NCBI GenBank assembly: GCA_016748015.1 | Contig: JAAOMT010000436.1 | Location: forward strand, 362,703-426,702 | Source: Geosiphon pyriformis uo1 | Taxonomy: Eukaryota > Fungi > Glomeromycota | Length of the DNA stretch: 64,000 nucleotides | Direction: 5' to 3' | Shown: piece after piece, positions 63,846 through 64,000 of the stretch | How the letters are laid out: every line of letters begins with the position of its first letter | Position numbering within the stretch: position 1 is the stretch's first letter | The notes under the pieces: generated by a model | Database searches by the model: none | The model's input: only the letters and a program-made list of their open reading frames with translations | What the model was told of the DNA's origin: nothing | Translations under genes and position numbers: made by a program

Positions 63846-64000
63846 TGCTATTTAAGTAAAAAAACCAGTAAAAAACTATTAAAAAAAATATAATTACATA
63901 GAAAAAACATAATAAACATGAGATAATATAAAATAATACAAAATAACACAAAATAATTCATAATAACACAAAATAACATTTAATAATATAAAATGATATA
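63846..64000 (+). mobile_element. Start of a decayed family-D LTR, runs off window
   Basis: TGCTATTTAAGTAAAAAAACC plus AAAATAACAC repeats resemble 15246-15400. Confidence 0.55.

Overview
Eukaryotic (fungal) DNA. Intron style and the transposon families suggest Mucoromycota/Glomeromycotina, possibly Geosiphon-like; this is inference, not checked. The first ~8.7 kb holds three intron-containing host genes: a Rab5/Vps21 GTPase (5' end off-window), a ubiquitin-like-domain gene and VPS72/SWC2. The remaining ~55 kb is a nested transposon cluster. Positions 8.9-22.5 kb are old, very AT-rich Ty3/Gypsy and LINE remnants. A ~6.9 kb RNase H-bearing LINE (minus strand, 63844 to 22503, poly(A) and candidate TSD visible) is split by two Gypsy insertions, 22787-37029 and 37515-57673. 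Each of these carries a further Gypsy element (24878-35110 and 41873-52054). All copies are inactivated mostly by C>T/G>A transitions. The Gypsy lineage has an unusual, shared architecture: a probable GUG-initiated Gag-protease-Cys-rich-dUTPase-RT-RNase H frame, a conserved stop before a separately started integrase, and an uncharacterised ~220 aa ORF3. Its LTRs carry family-specific palindromic motif arrays between CCAAT and TATA boxes, plus a hairpin with a 2+6+1 palindromic loop resembling a retroviral dimerisation kissing loop. The best candidate for a new system is this complex, retrovirus-like regulatory kit (ORF3, LTR array, kissing loop). Functions are inferred, not demonstrated.
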